DNA of 64,000 bases, taken from positions 7,654 through 71,653 of the forward strand of contig CAWFAJ010000002.1 of the NCBI GenBank assembly GCA_963813785.1, given 5' to 3'. The notes under the pieces were generated by a model, which was not told the DNA's origin, made no database searches, and was given only the letters and a program-made list of their open reading frames with translations. A program made the translations under genes and the position numbers. This document shows, piece by piece, positions 11,371 to 22,314 of this stretch. Origin of the DNA: an uncultured delta proteobacterium (GTDB lineage: Bacteria > Desulfobacterota > Binatia > Binatales > Binataceae). Positions within the stretch are counted from its first letter, which is position 1; each line of letters begins with the position of its first letter.

Positions 11371-13042
11371 TCAGGCCGGCTTGGTTACCAGAATCGTCTC
11401 TTTGCCCCGCTTCTTGGAATTACGCATGAAGTAAACCGCGCCGTAGATTCCCCAAATCGCGGCAGATCGCGACCGCCATCAGCGGTTCCTTCACGCTGCC
11501 GAGCCCCTCCAGCGGTCCGATGATGTAGAACGCGAGGCAGGCAAAGTTCGCGACCGCGCCGAACACCGGCACCACCATGTGCTTGAATCCATGGAACTCG
11601 TGACGCTCCGAGTAGGCCACGATGCACACGATGTTGGTCAGACCGTAGAGCAGGAAGGTTCCGAAGTTTGAAGTGAGAGTGACCAGCAGCAACCCGTTGG
11701 GCAACGACGAGAGCGACGCGTTGGAGCTCATTCCGAGCGCGTACCACAGGTTGTGCGGCAGCGTCGCAATCGTCTTGTCATCAGGCGCCGATCCGCCGGC
11801 GAAGTAGAACAGCGCGGCGTATGCGCCGAGGACTGCCGATATCGTTGCAAGCACCCAAATCGCGCGATGCGGCGTCAGGTTCTGGCCGTGCAGAAGACCG
11901 AAGTGCTCGGGCACTTCCTCGTCGCGGCCCATCGCGTAGGTCACGCGCGCGCCGGTGTTGATGCACGACAGCGTGGTGCCGATCAGCGCCAGAAAAACCG
12001 TCAGCGCTTCCATCAGCATGAACGCCTGCCGTGTCCGCCGAGCAGCGCGTTGCCGATGATCACCATCATGTCGCCGAGCGGAGCCGCCGAACCTTTGGCC
12101 TCCGCAAGACTGTAGGCGCTGTTCAGGAAATAGTTGGCCGCGAAGTATTCGATCAGGTAGCAGAACAACCCCTGGATCGTCAGCGACAGCAGAACGCCGC
12201 GCGGGATGTCCTTTTTGGGGTTCTTCGCTTCCTCGCCAAGCGCGGTCACCGACTCGAAGCCGACCAGCAGCAGAATCGCGACCGTTGCCTGCAGCATCAC
12301 CCAGTCAAACCGGTGCGGCAGGATGACCGAGAGTGCGCTGGCGTGCGACGGGTGGTCGCCGGTAATGCCGTAGGGCCCAGGGTCGCAGCGATCGTGTTGC
12401 CATTGGCGTCGAGCGCCAGGCCCGCCGAGCCTGCGGGATGCCCGGCACGGTAAGCGATCGCAAGCGCCGCAGAAGAACAGCAACGCGACGATCTGGACTC
12501 CGTTGATCCCGATATTGACGATGCGTGGAACCGTTGACTCCCCGGAACGCGATCCATGCCACGGCGTAAGCGAAAATTATCGCAATTATCGCCATGAATA
12601 CCGGGCCGGGGATTCCCGCGTTCATCGTGCTCGGCGCGACCGTGCCGACGATGTATCCGATCATGATGCCCATCGTGGCGACCATGACTCCGGGATACAT
12701 CCAGTAATACAGATGCGACGACCATCCGATTACGAACTTGGCCACGCGCGCGAACTTGTACGCGTGGGTTTTGCTCAGGAAGGCCTGCTCCGCAAACAGA
12801 TACGAACTGCCCGCGCCCGGATAGAGTTTGGCGAGCTCTGCGTACGAAATTGCGGTCGCGTACGCCAGCATCAGCGCGACGAAAATACCGGCCCACATCG
12901 CCATCCCCGACGGAAACGCGTAACCCGCCTGCTGGACGAATGTAATCCACAGGAAGGCTCCTGGGGCGATGAGCGCCATGGCGTTAACCGTGACCCCGGT
13001 CAAGCCCAGCGTCGGCACCATCTTTTTCTGTTCTTCAGCCAT
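11371..13042 (-). pseudogene. APC-superfamily amino-acid permease interrupted by at least 5 frameshifts
   Basis: Recognisable APC permease sequence is spread over three reading frames (ORFs 12305..13042, 12013..12483, 11420..12019). An authentic C-terminus (WGIYGAVYFMRNSKKRGKETILVTKPA*) sits in a fourth frame ending at 11371. Frame switches were traced by hand near 12524, 12470, 12385, 12020 and 11460. Confidence 0.7.
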
Positions 13043-13346
13043 CTTGCCTCCTTCAATTCATGGCGGAGCGGTTGTCCCCCGCGCGCACGCGTGGCTCCCG
13101 TTACGGGCGGGAGCATGAAGAAGGCTCAAAGCAGGAAAAGTGCCACTTCATAATCGAGTGAGTATTGATGAAAAATGCAACGTGCCTGCTCAAACGACAG
13201 GCATCCGCTTATCAGGCAGTCATCAGCGCCACGCCACGGCAGTCAACGGTCAATCCACCGATATTGACGCGCCGCGGGAAAAATGACTCTGCTATGCTGC
13301 GCCGCAGTTCAGTCTATACTTGACGATCCGTCCGCTGGAGGAATCT

Positions 13347-13931
13347 ATGCCGCGTCCGAGCGTCCGCCGCCACTGTTCACGAACGTTGACTGCCGCGAGT
13401 CCGTCGCCGGCGAGCGCGCGCCGCGTTGCCCTTGCGGCGCTGACGATTCTGCTCGCATGCGCGACCTCCTCTTGCAATTCGCAGTCGTTCCAACAATCTC
13501 CGGGGCCATCGATGCCGATGCTTCCGCCTGCTCCCGTGCAGCCGCCCGCGCAGCCGATGAACGTGGCGAGGTTGCTCAACGGAAACTGGATGGCCACCTA
13601 TCCGGGCGGCCCGCTTCGAGTGGTTATCGGTCTGGACCCGATGTTACGCGGCCGCAATTACGTCGCGACGCTGGTGGACGGCAACAAAGATATCCCGCCG
13701 GGCAATGTCGTGTGGCGCGGAACACTGGATCAGCACGTGCCGGGCATCGTGGTCGCCGATCAGATATGCGCCGAGCGTGGGTTCCAGCAGGCGCGATGGG
13801 TGAAGGCGCGAATTATCGTCAGTGACGCGAGCAATTTCCGCGAAGAACTCGTCAATCCAAGCGACTGCCACGGATTCCCGGTAAAGTTCACCCGCATCGG
13901 ACCCGCGCCGACAGCCCCGGTCAAAGATTGA
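13347..13931 (+). CDS. hypothetical secreted protein or lipoprotein
   Basis: GGAGG ribosome-binding site 4 bp upstream of the ATG. RR-containing N-region then a hydrophobic stretch LTILLAC. No recognisable domain. Confidence 0.5.
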   Translation: MPRPSVRRHCSRTLTAASPSPASARRVALAALTILLACATSSCNSQSFQQSPGPSMPMLPPAPVQPPAQPMNVARLLNGNWMATYPGGPLRVVIGLDPMLRGRNYVATLVDGNKDIPPGNVVWRGTLDQHVPGIVVADQICAERGFQQARWVKARIIVSDASNFREELVNPSDCHGFPVKFTRIGPAPTAPVKD

Positions 13932-13945
13932 CGGCGCCGTCGCGC

Positions 13946-15139
13946 TTACACGAGCATCCCGGCCTGCACCACGACGGGTCCGTCGCTCTTGGGAATATTC
14001 GGCTCGGGTTTGCGCTTCATCGCCTTTTCCAGGATCGGCGCCATCCGCTCGGCCTTCTGCCTGGCGCGCTTTTGTTCGCGCTCCTTGAACTCGGGCATGA
14101 CCTTTTCGGCGAACAGGCTGAGCGACGAGCAGATGTCCTCGTGCTTGTTGTTGCCCGCCTGCGAGATGAACACCACCTGGTCAACGCCGGCTTGCTCGAA
14201 TTCGCCAAGGCGCGTGCGAATCTGGTCGGGCGTTCCGACGCATGAGTTCGCCCCGTCCATACCCGGCAAATTGATCGGGCTGGTTTTGAAATTGTTCCAG
14301 ATACTCGTTTTGCCCGGCTGGTGCTGGCCAAACGCATAATGATGGCCAAGGGCGTACCCGAAAAACTTCAGCCCCTCTTCGCCCATCTTGCGCGCCCGCT
14401 CGGCGTCGTTGTCGCACATGAAGCCGGTGACGATCGCGATGTTCGCATTGACCGCGTATCCGATCGGCTCGCACTCATTCTCGAGCGTCGTGTAATAGTC
14501 GTTGACCCACTCCCGCGCCTCCTGCGGCGATACGAACGCGAACGTCAGCGCGCCGATTCCAAGCTTGGCCGCCAGATGAATCGTCTCGCGCCGCGAGCAT
14601 GCGACCCACAGCGGTGGATGCGGTTTCTGCACCGGCTTGGGCACCACGTTACGCACCGGCATCTTGAAGTACTTGCCCTCATGACCAAGAAACGGCTCCT
14701 CGACAAACATTCGCGCGATCGCACCCAGCGACTCCTGCCACATCGCGCGCTTGTCCGCGCGCGGGATGCAAAACCCGCCCAGCTCCAGCTCCGCCGACGA
14801 TTCACCGGTGCCGAACTCGACCCGCCCGCCGCTCACCAAATCCAGCGTCGCGATCCGCTCCGCGACGCGCGCCGGATGGTTGTAGCCCGGCGGCAGCAAC
14901 ACGATTCCGTGACCGAGCCGAATCTGCCTGGTGCGCTGACTCGCCGCGGCCAGGAAAATTTCGGGCGCCGACGAATGCGCGTACTCCTCGAGGAAGTGAT
15001 GCTCCACTTCCCACATATGGTCGAGGCCGAGCCGGTCCGCGAGTTCGACCTGATCGAGCGCATCCTGGAAGAGCTTCAGCTCCGCGCCCTCCTTCCATGG
15101 ACGCGGCAGCTGATGTTCATAAAAGGTTCCCAACTTCAT
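13946..15139 (-). CDS. LLM-class (luciferase-like) flavin/F420-dependent oxidoreductase
   Basis: 397 aa. Typical LLM N-terminus (MKLGTFYEHQLPRP...LGLDHMWEVEHHF) and a TIM-barrel-length sequence. Confidence 0.8.
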   Translation of the reverse strand: MKLGTFYEHQLPRPWKEGAELKLFQDALDQVELADRLGLDHMWEVEHHFLEEYAHSSAPEIFLAAASQRTRQIRLGHGIVLLPPGYNHPARVAERIATLDLVSGGRVEFGTGESSAELELGGFCIPRADKRAMWQESLGAIARMFVEEPFLGHEGKYFKMPVRNVVPKPVQKPHPPLWVACSRRETIHLAAKLGIGALTFAFVSPQEAREWVNDYYTTLENECEPIGYAVNANIAIVTGFMCDNDAERARKMGEEGLKFFGYALGHHYAFGQHQPGKTSIWNNFKTSPINLPGMDGANSCVGTPDQIRTRLGEFEQAGVDQVVFISQAGNNKHEDICSSLSLFAEKVMPEFKEREQKRARQKAERMAPILEKAMKRKPEPNIPKSDGPVVVQAGMLV

Positions 15140-15897
15140 AAGTGCAATTTTCTCCTTCGAGTTTTCGTCGATTCATTCTCCAAGCGCGTGCCACGCGCTC
15201 GCGTCTCTACTAACTCTAAGGACCGCTCGGCGCCGTCAACCGTGAAAAGCGTGCGCTCGACCATGTCGGTCAGTTCGTGCTTGCGCCGCTCAACCATCGC
15301 AGGCTCGAGCAGGTTCACGTCCCACAGCCGCCGGATCATCGACGCGATCGTGAAGTAGCCGATCGTGATCGCGTTGAGGCCCCACATGAAATGAAGCGGA
15401 TCTACATCGGTGCGGAATTCGCCGTCGCGCTGGCCGCGGAAAATAAAAGTGACCGCGGTGGCAAACAGCGGCGGCAGCCGCCGTTTGAGCACTTGCCGCC
15501 CGGTTCCGCTTTCGTCGGCCATCTCCTTCCACATGATTCGCACGAAATCGGGGTGGCCGGCGATAAAGTCGACCGTGTGCCCAACCGCCTGGCGCATCCG
15601 CTCCTGCCGGCTTTCGTGCTTCCAGGCGATTCCGTTGGCCGCATTCTCCAGACTCTCGAACATCTGGTCCAGCACCGCGAGATAGAGCTGTTGCTTGGAC
15701 GGAAAATGATGCAACAGCGACGGCGCCTTGACCCCGATTCGCCTGGCGATGTCTCGCAGGCTGGTGCCGCGATAGCCGCGCTCGGCGAACAGCGCCTGCG
15801 CCGCCTGCAGCACGCGCTCACGCGTATCGATGGGCCGTCGCAGGTCAACCACCCTGGCGCTGGCGCGCACGGCTGAATTTTTCGAAGCGCTTCGCAC
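15136..15897 (-). CDS. TetR/AcrR family transcriptional regulator
   Basis: TetR HTH (RERVLQAAQALFAERGYRGTSLRDIARRIGVKAPSLLHHFPSKQQL); overlaps the LLM start by 4 bp. Confidence 0.8.
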   Translation of the reverse strand: MRSASKNSAVRASARVVDLRRPIDTRERVLQAAQALFAERGYRGTSLRDIARRIGVKAPSLLHHFPSKQQLYLAVLDQMFESLENAANGIAWKHESRQERMRQAVGHTVDFIAGHPDFVRIMWKEMADESGTGRQVLKRRLPPLFATAVTFIFRGQRDGEFRTDVDPLHFMWGLNAITIGYFTIASMIRRLWDVNLLEPAMVERRKHELTDMVERTLFTVDGAERSLELVETRARGTRLENESTKTRRRKLHL

Positions 15898-16032
15898 TGA
15901 CTTTCCAAAAATTTATCTAACGTCTGTTAGGCTGTCAAACCGCGCCTGCGGACCGCCTTCATTTCGCTTTCGCTTTCTAACTTCGGGCGCATCGTAGTAA
16001 GTTCGGCTCGGCGGATTTCGCGTCCTCACATT

Positions 16033-16075
16033 TTACTGGGTGCAGGGGTCACCCCTGCCGCCAGTGAAAAAACCG
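16033..16075. repeat. REP/MITE-like palindromic element, copy 1 (module B, inverted orientation)
   Basis: TACTGGGTGCAGGGGTCACCCCTGCC is the reverse complement of GGGCAGGGGTGACCCCTGCACCCAGTA at 59565..59590; it contains a palindromic core. Confidence 0.6.
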
Positions 16076-16107
16076 CGCAGGTGATTATTCCTCGGGAGGT
16101 ATTCGCC

Positions 16108-17517
16108 ATGACCGAATTGTATTGGAAGCCGGCACACGAACTCGCCGCCATGATTCGCAAACGCGAAATCAAGCCCAGCGAATTGATGGAGCTGACCATC
16201 AGGAGAATCGAACAGACCAACCCCAAGCTCAACGCGTTTTGCGCGCTGCGCGCCGACGACGCGATGGCCGACGCGCGCGCGCTGGACGAAAAGGTCGCGC
16301 GGCGGGAAGAAGTCGGAGCGCTGGCGGGGTTGCCGCTCGGCGTCAAAGACCTCGAGGACGCCGTGGGCCTGCGGACCACCTACGGCTCGAAGCCGTTCAA
16401 GGACAACATGCCCAAGTCCGATTCGATCCAGGTCGCGCGGCTGAAAGCAGCCGGCGCAATCGTGATCGGCAAGACTAACGCGCCCGAGTTCGGCTACACC
16501 GCTTTCACCAAGAACCTGTTGTTCGGTGTCACCCGCAATCCATGGAATCTCGAGCGCACGCCCGGCGGATCGTCGGGCGGTAGCTCGGCCGCCATCGCCG
16601 GCGGCGTCGTACCGATCGCGACCGGCTCCGACGGCGGCGGGTCCGTGCGAATCCCTGCTTGTTATACTGGATGCTACGGGTTGAAACCGACCTTCGGCAG
16701 GATTCCGAACGACCCGACGCTCGGGATGCAACAATGGAACGACACCTCCGTGCATGGAGCGCTCACGCGCACCGTGCGCGACGCCGCGCTTTTCATGGAC
16801 GCAGTTGTCGGCTATCACCCGGCCGATCCCGACTCCGTACCGCATCCGGGAATTTCCTATCAGGCCATACTTGACCGCATCCCCAAAAAACTTCGCATCG
16901 CATTTCATCCCGACTTCGGCCAACTCGTGCAGCGCGACGTGGCGCGCGAAATCGCAAAAGCTGCCGCCGTGTTCAAGAACCTCGGCTACGATCTGACGAC
17001 CATCGATGACCCCGTGCCCGATACCGGCCGCGCCTGGATGCAAGTCGGCGCGACGCAAGGCTACGCGATGCTGCATGAATGGCTCGACAAGGATCGCGAG
17101 AATTTCGGGCGCGCGTTCACCACCGGCACCGAAGGCGCGCCTCGCGTTACGTGGAAGCATTATGGCGCGGCGTATCGACGCCGCCGCGAGTTCAACGATT
17201 GGTGCCAGCGCGTGTTCGAGCGCTTCGACTTGCTGCTGTGTCCCGTGCTTCCGACCGAGGCCTTTCCCGCGAAGGGTCCGATGCCGACCGAGATCAACGG
17301 CCAACCGCTCAAGGACCCGCTGAATGCCGTCGTGTTCACCTATCCATTCAACATGAGCGGCCATCCCGGCGCGTCGGTGCGCGCGGGACTCACCGACTCC
17401 GGCCTTCCCTGCGGATTGCAGATCGTTGCGGAGCGTTATCGCGAGGACCTTGTCCTGCAGGCTTCGTACGCGTACGAACAGGCGCGCCCCTGGAACAACA
17501 AATGGCCCGAGATCTAA
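16108..17517 (+). CDS. amidase (amidase signature family)
   Basis: GGAGG RBS. Signature stretch [14 protein letters not shown]...[12 protein letters not shown] with a Ser-cisSer-Lys triad context. Confidence 0.85.
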   Translation: MTELYWKPAHELAAMIRKREIKPSELMELTIRRIEQTNPKLNAFCALRADDAMADARALDEKVARREEVGALAGLPLGVKDLEDAVGLRTTYGSKPFKDNMPKSDSIQVARLKAAGAIVIGKTNAPEFGYTAFTKNLLFGVTRNPWNLERTPGGSSGGSSAAIAGGVVPIATGSDGGGSVRIPACYTGCYGLKPTFGRIPNDPTLGMQQWNDTSVHGALTRTVRDAALFMDAVVGYHPADPDSVPHPGISYQAILDRIPKKLRIAFHPDFGQLVQRDVAREIAKAAAVFKNLGYDLTTIDDPVPDTGRAWMQVGATQGYAMLHEWLDKDRENFGRAFTTGTEGAPRVTWKHYGAAYRRRREFNDWCQRVFERFDLLLCPVLPTEAFPAKGPMPTEINGQPLKDPLNAVVFTYPFNMSGHPGASVRAGLTDSGLPCGLQIVAERYREDLVLQASYAYEQARPWNNKWPEI

Positions 17518-17584
17518 ACCCAGGAATAAGCTCTGAGGTCGGGTTCACGATCAGACACAACTTCCCCAAAAAAAGGAGGCCACC

Positions 17585-18076
17585 ATGGCGGATTTCAACG
17601 AGAAAGCGATGCCGGGACTCAGCGACAAACAGATGGAAGAGTTTCGCGCCAACGATAAGGCGCTGCGCGAATTCAACGATAAGCTGATCGAAGAGTTCCG
17701 CGCCAATGGCGGCAAGGTTCTCAGCGGCCCGTTCGTGGGCGCTCCGCTGCTTCTGCTGACTACGACCGGCGCGAAGAGCGGCCGTCCCACTACCACTCCG
17801 CTGGTGTACACCAGGGATGGCGATCGAATCGTTATAATCGCGTCGAAGGCCGGAGCGCCGACACATCCCGCCTGGTACCACAACCTCAAGGCTCACCCGA
17901 CGCCGACGATCGAGCTGGGGGTCGAACGCTTCCAGGCCAGGGCTGTCATTACCAGTGGCTCCGAGCGCGAGCGGCTGTTCAACGCCCAGGCCAAAGCGAT
18001 GCCCGCCTTTGTCGGCTACCAGAAGAACACCACCCGTCAAATCCCGGTCATCGTTCTGGAGCGTATCAAGTCGTAA
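17585..18076 (+). CDS. deazaflavin (F420)-dependent nitroreductase family protein (DUF385 / PNPOx-like)
   Basis: 163 aa; motifs LLLTTTGAKSGRPTTTPL, IIASKAGAPTHPAWYHNL and ITSGSERERLF are typical of this family. Confidence 0.75.
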   Translation: MADFNEKAMPGLSDKQMEEFRANDKALREFNDKLIEEFRANGGKVLSGPFVGAPLLLLTTTGAKSGRPTTTPLVYTRDGDRIVIIASKAGAPTHPAWYHNLKAHPTPTIELGVERFQARAVITSGSERERLFNAQAKAMPAFVGYQKNTTRQIPVIVLERIKS

Positions 18077-18095
18077 CCGATGTTCGCGCGACCGG

Positions 18096-19338
18096 CTATG
18101 CGCCGAATTGCTTGCGCACGGCCTCGAACGCTTGCTCGGTGACGGCCAACGTCTGCTCGATATCGCGCTCGGTATGCGCCGCCGAGATGAACCAGTTGTG
18201 ACGCGGCGCGAAGTACACTCCGCTGCGCGAGCATGCGCCGCAGAAAACCCTGGCGCGATCGAAATGACCCGCGTCGGCCTTGAACGTCATGTACGGCATC
18301 GCCGGCGGTCCGGAGTACGTCACCTCCAGTCCCGCGCTGCGCGCCTGCGCGAGCAGGCCGGTGCGCAGCTTCTCGCCGTTGGTGCGCATCCTCTCTATTC
18401 CGCCACCCGCCTGCAGCTCCTTGAGATTCGCCAGCGCCGCCGCCATCGGCACGGCGCTGGTGAAGTACGATCCCGTAAAGAACACTTCCTGCGCTGCCTG
18501 CTTGAGGCTGTCGCGCCCAAGGCATGCGGCAAGCGGATAGCCGTTGGCGATCGCCTTGCAGTAAGTCGTGAGATCCGGGCGCACTCCGAACAACTCGCCT
18601 GAGCCGCCCATGTGCAGGCGGAAGCCGGCGCGAACGTCGTCCAGGATGAAGACGATGCCGTTGTCGTCGCAGATTTTCCGCACACCGGACAGAAATCCTT
18701 CGACCGGCAACTCCGAGTCGTGTCCGGCGTCGTGTTTGAACGGCGACAGAATTACGCCCGCGATCTTGCCGCTGTTTTCCTCGACCGCGTGGCGCAGGCT
18801 CTCGAGATCGTTGAATCGAAAATAAACCATGTTCGCGCGATCTTCCGGCGTCACTCCGCCGGGAAGCGGCGTGCACCATGCATCGGTGCCGTGGTATGCG
18901 CCGGCACACATTGCGATCTTCGGCCGCCCCGTCGCTTGACGCGCGACTTCGGTCGCCCAGGTGCATACGTCGGACCCGTTTTTCGCGAACACCGTCCAGT
19001 CGGCGAACGGCGTGATCGAGACAAGATGCTCCGCGAGGTCGACCCACACCGGCCCCGGCGCGTTGAAGCAGTTGCCGAGTTCCATCTGGCGGCGCGCGGC
19101 TTCCTCGACTTTGGGATGCCGATGGCCGAGCACAATCGGGCCGTATGAACAAATGTAGTCGATGTACTCATTGCCATCGACGTCCCAAACGTGCGAACCC
19201 TCGCCGCGCGCGAAAAATGACGGATAGGCGCCTCGGGTAAGCAGCACAGGCGCCTGATGGCCGTAGATGCCGCCGGGAATAACTCTCTTGGCACGCTCCA
19301 TCAGCGCGTCGCTATGCTCAAATGTGTAGGGTTTCACA
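18096..19338 (-). CDS. class-III aminotransferase (glutamate-1-semialdehyde aminomutase-like)
   Basis: Start assigned to the GTG at 19338 (VKPYTFEHS...), preceded by AGGAG. PLP-fold motifs are present. The longer ORF in the track is an in-frame upstream extension. Confidence 0.8.
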
Positions 19339-19501
19339 GCAACTCCTGTGCGATGATTTTCGCCGCAGTGCAAGTCCTGTCTGCTCCCGGGCAGACCATC
19401 AGCGAGAATCCTATTTGCCGGCGCGAGCGTCAACCCTGCAAAATCGAACGGGCCGTGAGTTGCGCGACTCACAGCCCGTGTGCGAATGCGATCAAGCTTG
19501 A

Positions 19502-19978
19502 CTAGTGGCGATATTCCGGAGGGGCCGGCCGGTGCGATTGCGGCAGTGCGCCCACGCGCACCAGCTCGTCGCGCAGCTTGGCGCGCGACAGCGGCTTGCA
19601 CAGGACGGCAGACGCGCCGAGTTGGTAGCTCTCCGCAATATCGCGGTCGTAGAGCGAGCTCGTGATAACAAACATCGGCACCCCCGCCAGCGCCTCGTTC
19701 GCCCGCGTCGCCTGCAACACGGAGAAGCCGCCGTTGTCAGGCAAACGCAAATCCACCAAAAACAAATCCGGGCGATCGTGCTCGGTGAACTGCGCGATCA
19801 TTAGCAATGCCTCGTCGGCATTCGACGCATGCACCAATTCGATATCGTCGCCCAGCACCTGCCTTACCACGGTGAGCGCGATAAAAACGTGGTCCGGATT
19901 GTCTTCGACGAGAAAAATCCGGACCGCAGAGGTCAACAGAGTCGGTTCCTGGTCTTTTTCTTTCTCTTGGTCGCTCAT
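19502..19978 (-). CDS. single-domain response regulator (CheY-like receiver)
   Basis: Receiver-domain residues: acidic pocket (LVEDNPDH), phosphoacceptor Asp (LFLVDLRLPD), conserved T and K. No output domain and no adjacent kinase. Confidence 0.75.
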   Translation of the reverse strand: MSDQEKEKDQEPTLLTSAVRIFLVEDNPDHVFIALTVVRQVLGDDIELVHASNADEALLMIAQFTEHDRPDLFLVDLRLPDNGGFSVLQATRANEALAGVPMFVITSSLYDRDIAESYQLGASAVLCKPLSRAKLRDELVRVGALPQSHRPAPPEYRH

Positions 19979-20398
19979 AATCCCCCATCTGCTGACGAAT
20001 CGTCGGCAACCGGTTCTCAAAACATGGCGACTGGCGACGCCTGGGCAAAGCCGGATGAAATCCCTCGTCGATTAGTCATCCAATTGCCGTGCCATTTAGC
20101 CCGGCGGTGTATTCAAGTCGCGACATGACGAAGGACGACGTGTCTAATCGACCTATGATGCTGCCGAGCCAGTTGTAACTCTCAATGACCCGCAAATCTC
20201 CGATTTGGACGTTGAACATCACTTCCATCCCGCATACCGCTGCTGAATCATTGATGCGTCAACCTCCCGCAAGCGATTGGGTGTGGCAAATATGCTACAC
20301 TGCGTACCGCGACTGTGCCGAGCCGACACATGCTGCTAATCATTGATATTGCAGGGTGACTCGCCGAGCCGATTCCAGGCGGGGAAAGGATCGCAGCA

Positions 20399-22141
20399 TT
20401 GGGAATCTTCGCGAACTTCCTGGATTCGAAATTCCTTAAGCATCCCCTATTGCGAAAGTACACCGCTCTGGTCAATGAAGACCTGACGGCAACGTACTCG
20501 CGCGACATCCAGAAATGGCTTCTCGTCGCGCCTGTCATCGGTGTTTTGACCGGCCTCATCATCACTGGGATCGCCGTGCTCATTCTCGACATCCTCTGGG
20601 CGGCACTACTTCCCTACTACCTTGCCCATCATGGGGCAATCGTGGTCGGACTCGTCGCCGGCTTCTTCGTGACGGGGCTGATAATGCAGTTTCGAACGCC
20701 CGACCCCGACCAACACTCGACCGAGGAGATCGTTCGTTCCTACCACGAGCATCAGGGCGACATCGACATGCGCCCGTTCTGGTGGAAGTTGCTTGCCGCG
20801 GTGACCACCGTCGGTTCGGGCGGCAGCGCGGCGCTCGAAGGACCCAGCATTTACAGCGGCGGCGCGATCGGATCGTGGCTATGGACCAAGCTGCGCCGCT
20901 TCGGTCTGGAAACCCGCGACCGCCGCATCATGTTGATCAGCGGCGCAGCGGCGGGCATGTCGGCGGTCTTCCGCGCTCCCCTTACCGGCATCGTGTTCGC
21001 GCTCGAGATGCCGTACAAGGACGACCTCGCGCACGAAGCGCTGCTGCCGTCGCTGATCGCGTCGGTGGTTGCTTACGCAACGCTGGTGTCGATCGTCGGC
21101 GCCAAGCCGTTGTTCGGTTTCGCGGGCAGCACCAGCTTCCGGGCAATCGACGTTGCATGGTCGGCGCTGCTCGGCGCTGGAATCGGGCTCATCGCAATCG
21201 TCTTCGACATCACCTTTCGCCGCGTGCGCACGTTTTTCATCACTCGCAGGATACCGCATACGCTCAAGCTCACGATCGGCGGACTCGGTACCGCGCTGTG
21301 CGGCCTGGCGTTCGTGACGATTTACAACGGCCCGCTCATTCCGATCGGTCCCAACTACGAGGCCGTCCGCTACGTACTCAGGCATCCGATTCCGACCGAG
21401 GTGCTGCTGGCATTCGCCGCGTTGAAGTTGCTCGCGACGATTTTCTCGCTCGGCTCGGGCGGCGTCAGCGCGATGTTCGTGCCGCTGTTGCTGGTCGGCG
21501 GCGCGCTCGGCAACGCCTACGCGCAGTCTGTAGTTCACTCGCCGACGCACGATCTCTATGCCGCGGTCGGGATGGCGGCGTTCCTCGCGGCCGGATACAA
21601 AGCTCCGCTCACGGCAGTGGTCTTCGTCGCGGAAACCACCGGCGGTCATTCCTACATCATCCCGAGCCTCATCGGCGCCGCGGTCGCCTACGCAATCTCG
21701 GGCGAGGCGTCGGTCTCCGGCGATCAGCATCTTCACGAGACCGCCAAACTCGCCGAACTATCCGGGATGGCGGTGCGGGACGTGATGCAGCGTCGCGTCG
21801 TCGCCGTGCAGGCCGGGTCAACGATTCGCGAATTCGTCTCGGGGGTCGCGGCCCGTCATCGGCACACAATCTTCCCCGTGTACGAAGGCGAGCAGGTCGT
21901 GGGGACGATTTCAGTATCCGATCTCAGCCGAGTCGCGCCTGAGGATTGGGACAAAATCACCGTCGCCGAATTCGCCGACCGCGGCGCGATCCGCGTGACC
22001 GACGACTGCGACTTGAGCGAGGCACTGCGCCTGCTGGTGCGCGAGCGCGGCGCGCAAATGCTGCTGGTGACGGGCGGCGCCGGCGCTCTCAATGGAATCG
22101 TGACCAAGACCGACATCCTGCGCGCCGTCGTGAAACAGTGA
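20399..22141 (+). CDS. ClC-family voltage-gated chloride channel with a C-terminal CBS pair
   Basis: GSGGSAALEGPS and GxFxP-type selectivity segments in about 10 TM helices, followed by two CBS domains. Confidence 0.85.
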   Translation: MGIFANFLDSKFLKHPLLRKYTALVNEDLTATYSRDIQKWLLVAPVIGVLTGLIITGIAVLILDILWAALLPYYLAHHGAIVVGLVAGFFVTGLIMQFRTPDPDQHSTEEIVRSYHEHQGDIDMRPFWWKLLAAVTTVGSGGSAALEGPSIYSGGAIGSWLWTKLRRFGLETRDRRIMLISGAAAGMSAVFRAPLTGIVFALEMPYKDDLAHEALLPSLIASVVAYATLVSIVGAKPLFGFAGSTSFRAIDVAWSALLGAGIGLIAIVFDITFRRVRTFFITRRIPHTLKLTIGGLGTALCGLAFVTIYNGPLIPIGPNYEAVRYVLRHPIPTEVLLAFAALKLLATIFSLGSGGVSAMFVPLLLVGGALGNAYAQSVVHSPTHDLYAAVGMAAFLAAGYKAPLTAVVFVAETTGGHSYIIPSLIGAAVAYAISGEASVSGDQHLHETAKLAELSGMAVRDVMQRRVVAVQAGSTIREFVSGVAARHRHTIFPVYEGEQVVGTISVSDLSRVAPEDWDKITVAEFADRGAIRVTDDCDLSEALRLLVRERGAQMLLVTGGAGALNGIVTKTDILRAVVKQ

Positions 22142-22314
22142 AACACTGAAACGGTGAAGATGCCGTCAGCAGCGCCGCGCCCCGGCCATTAGCATGGTTT
22201 GACTGGCGGGCGGGGCGCTGTTAGAAACTTTTACGTTCCTCGGCTGTATTCCCGGGCAACCTCGTGTGTTTTCGGATTCAACCGATGCATCAACGAATGC
22301 GTGGAGTTTAGGCT

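Noticed and set aside
16033-17364. 443-aa minus-strand ORF
   Set aside because: It is antisense to the clearly homologous amidase gene, with a compositionally biased product.
18037-19152. 371-aa minus-strand ORF
   Set aside because: It is an alternative frame of the aminotransferase gene (Arg/Gly-rich).
20021-20398. possible fluoride riboswitch upstream of the ClC gene
   Set aside because: No match to the crcB-motif core (GGCGATGGNGTTCGCC), and the channel is a full-length CBS-containing ClC rather than a ClC-F.
20515-21942. 475-aa plus-strand ORF in an alternative frame
   Set aside because: It overlaps the ClC channel gene in another frame, with Arg-rich low-complexity translation.
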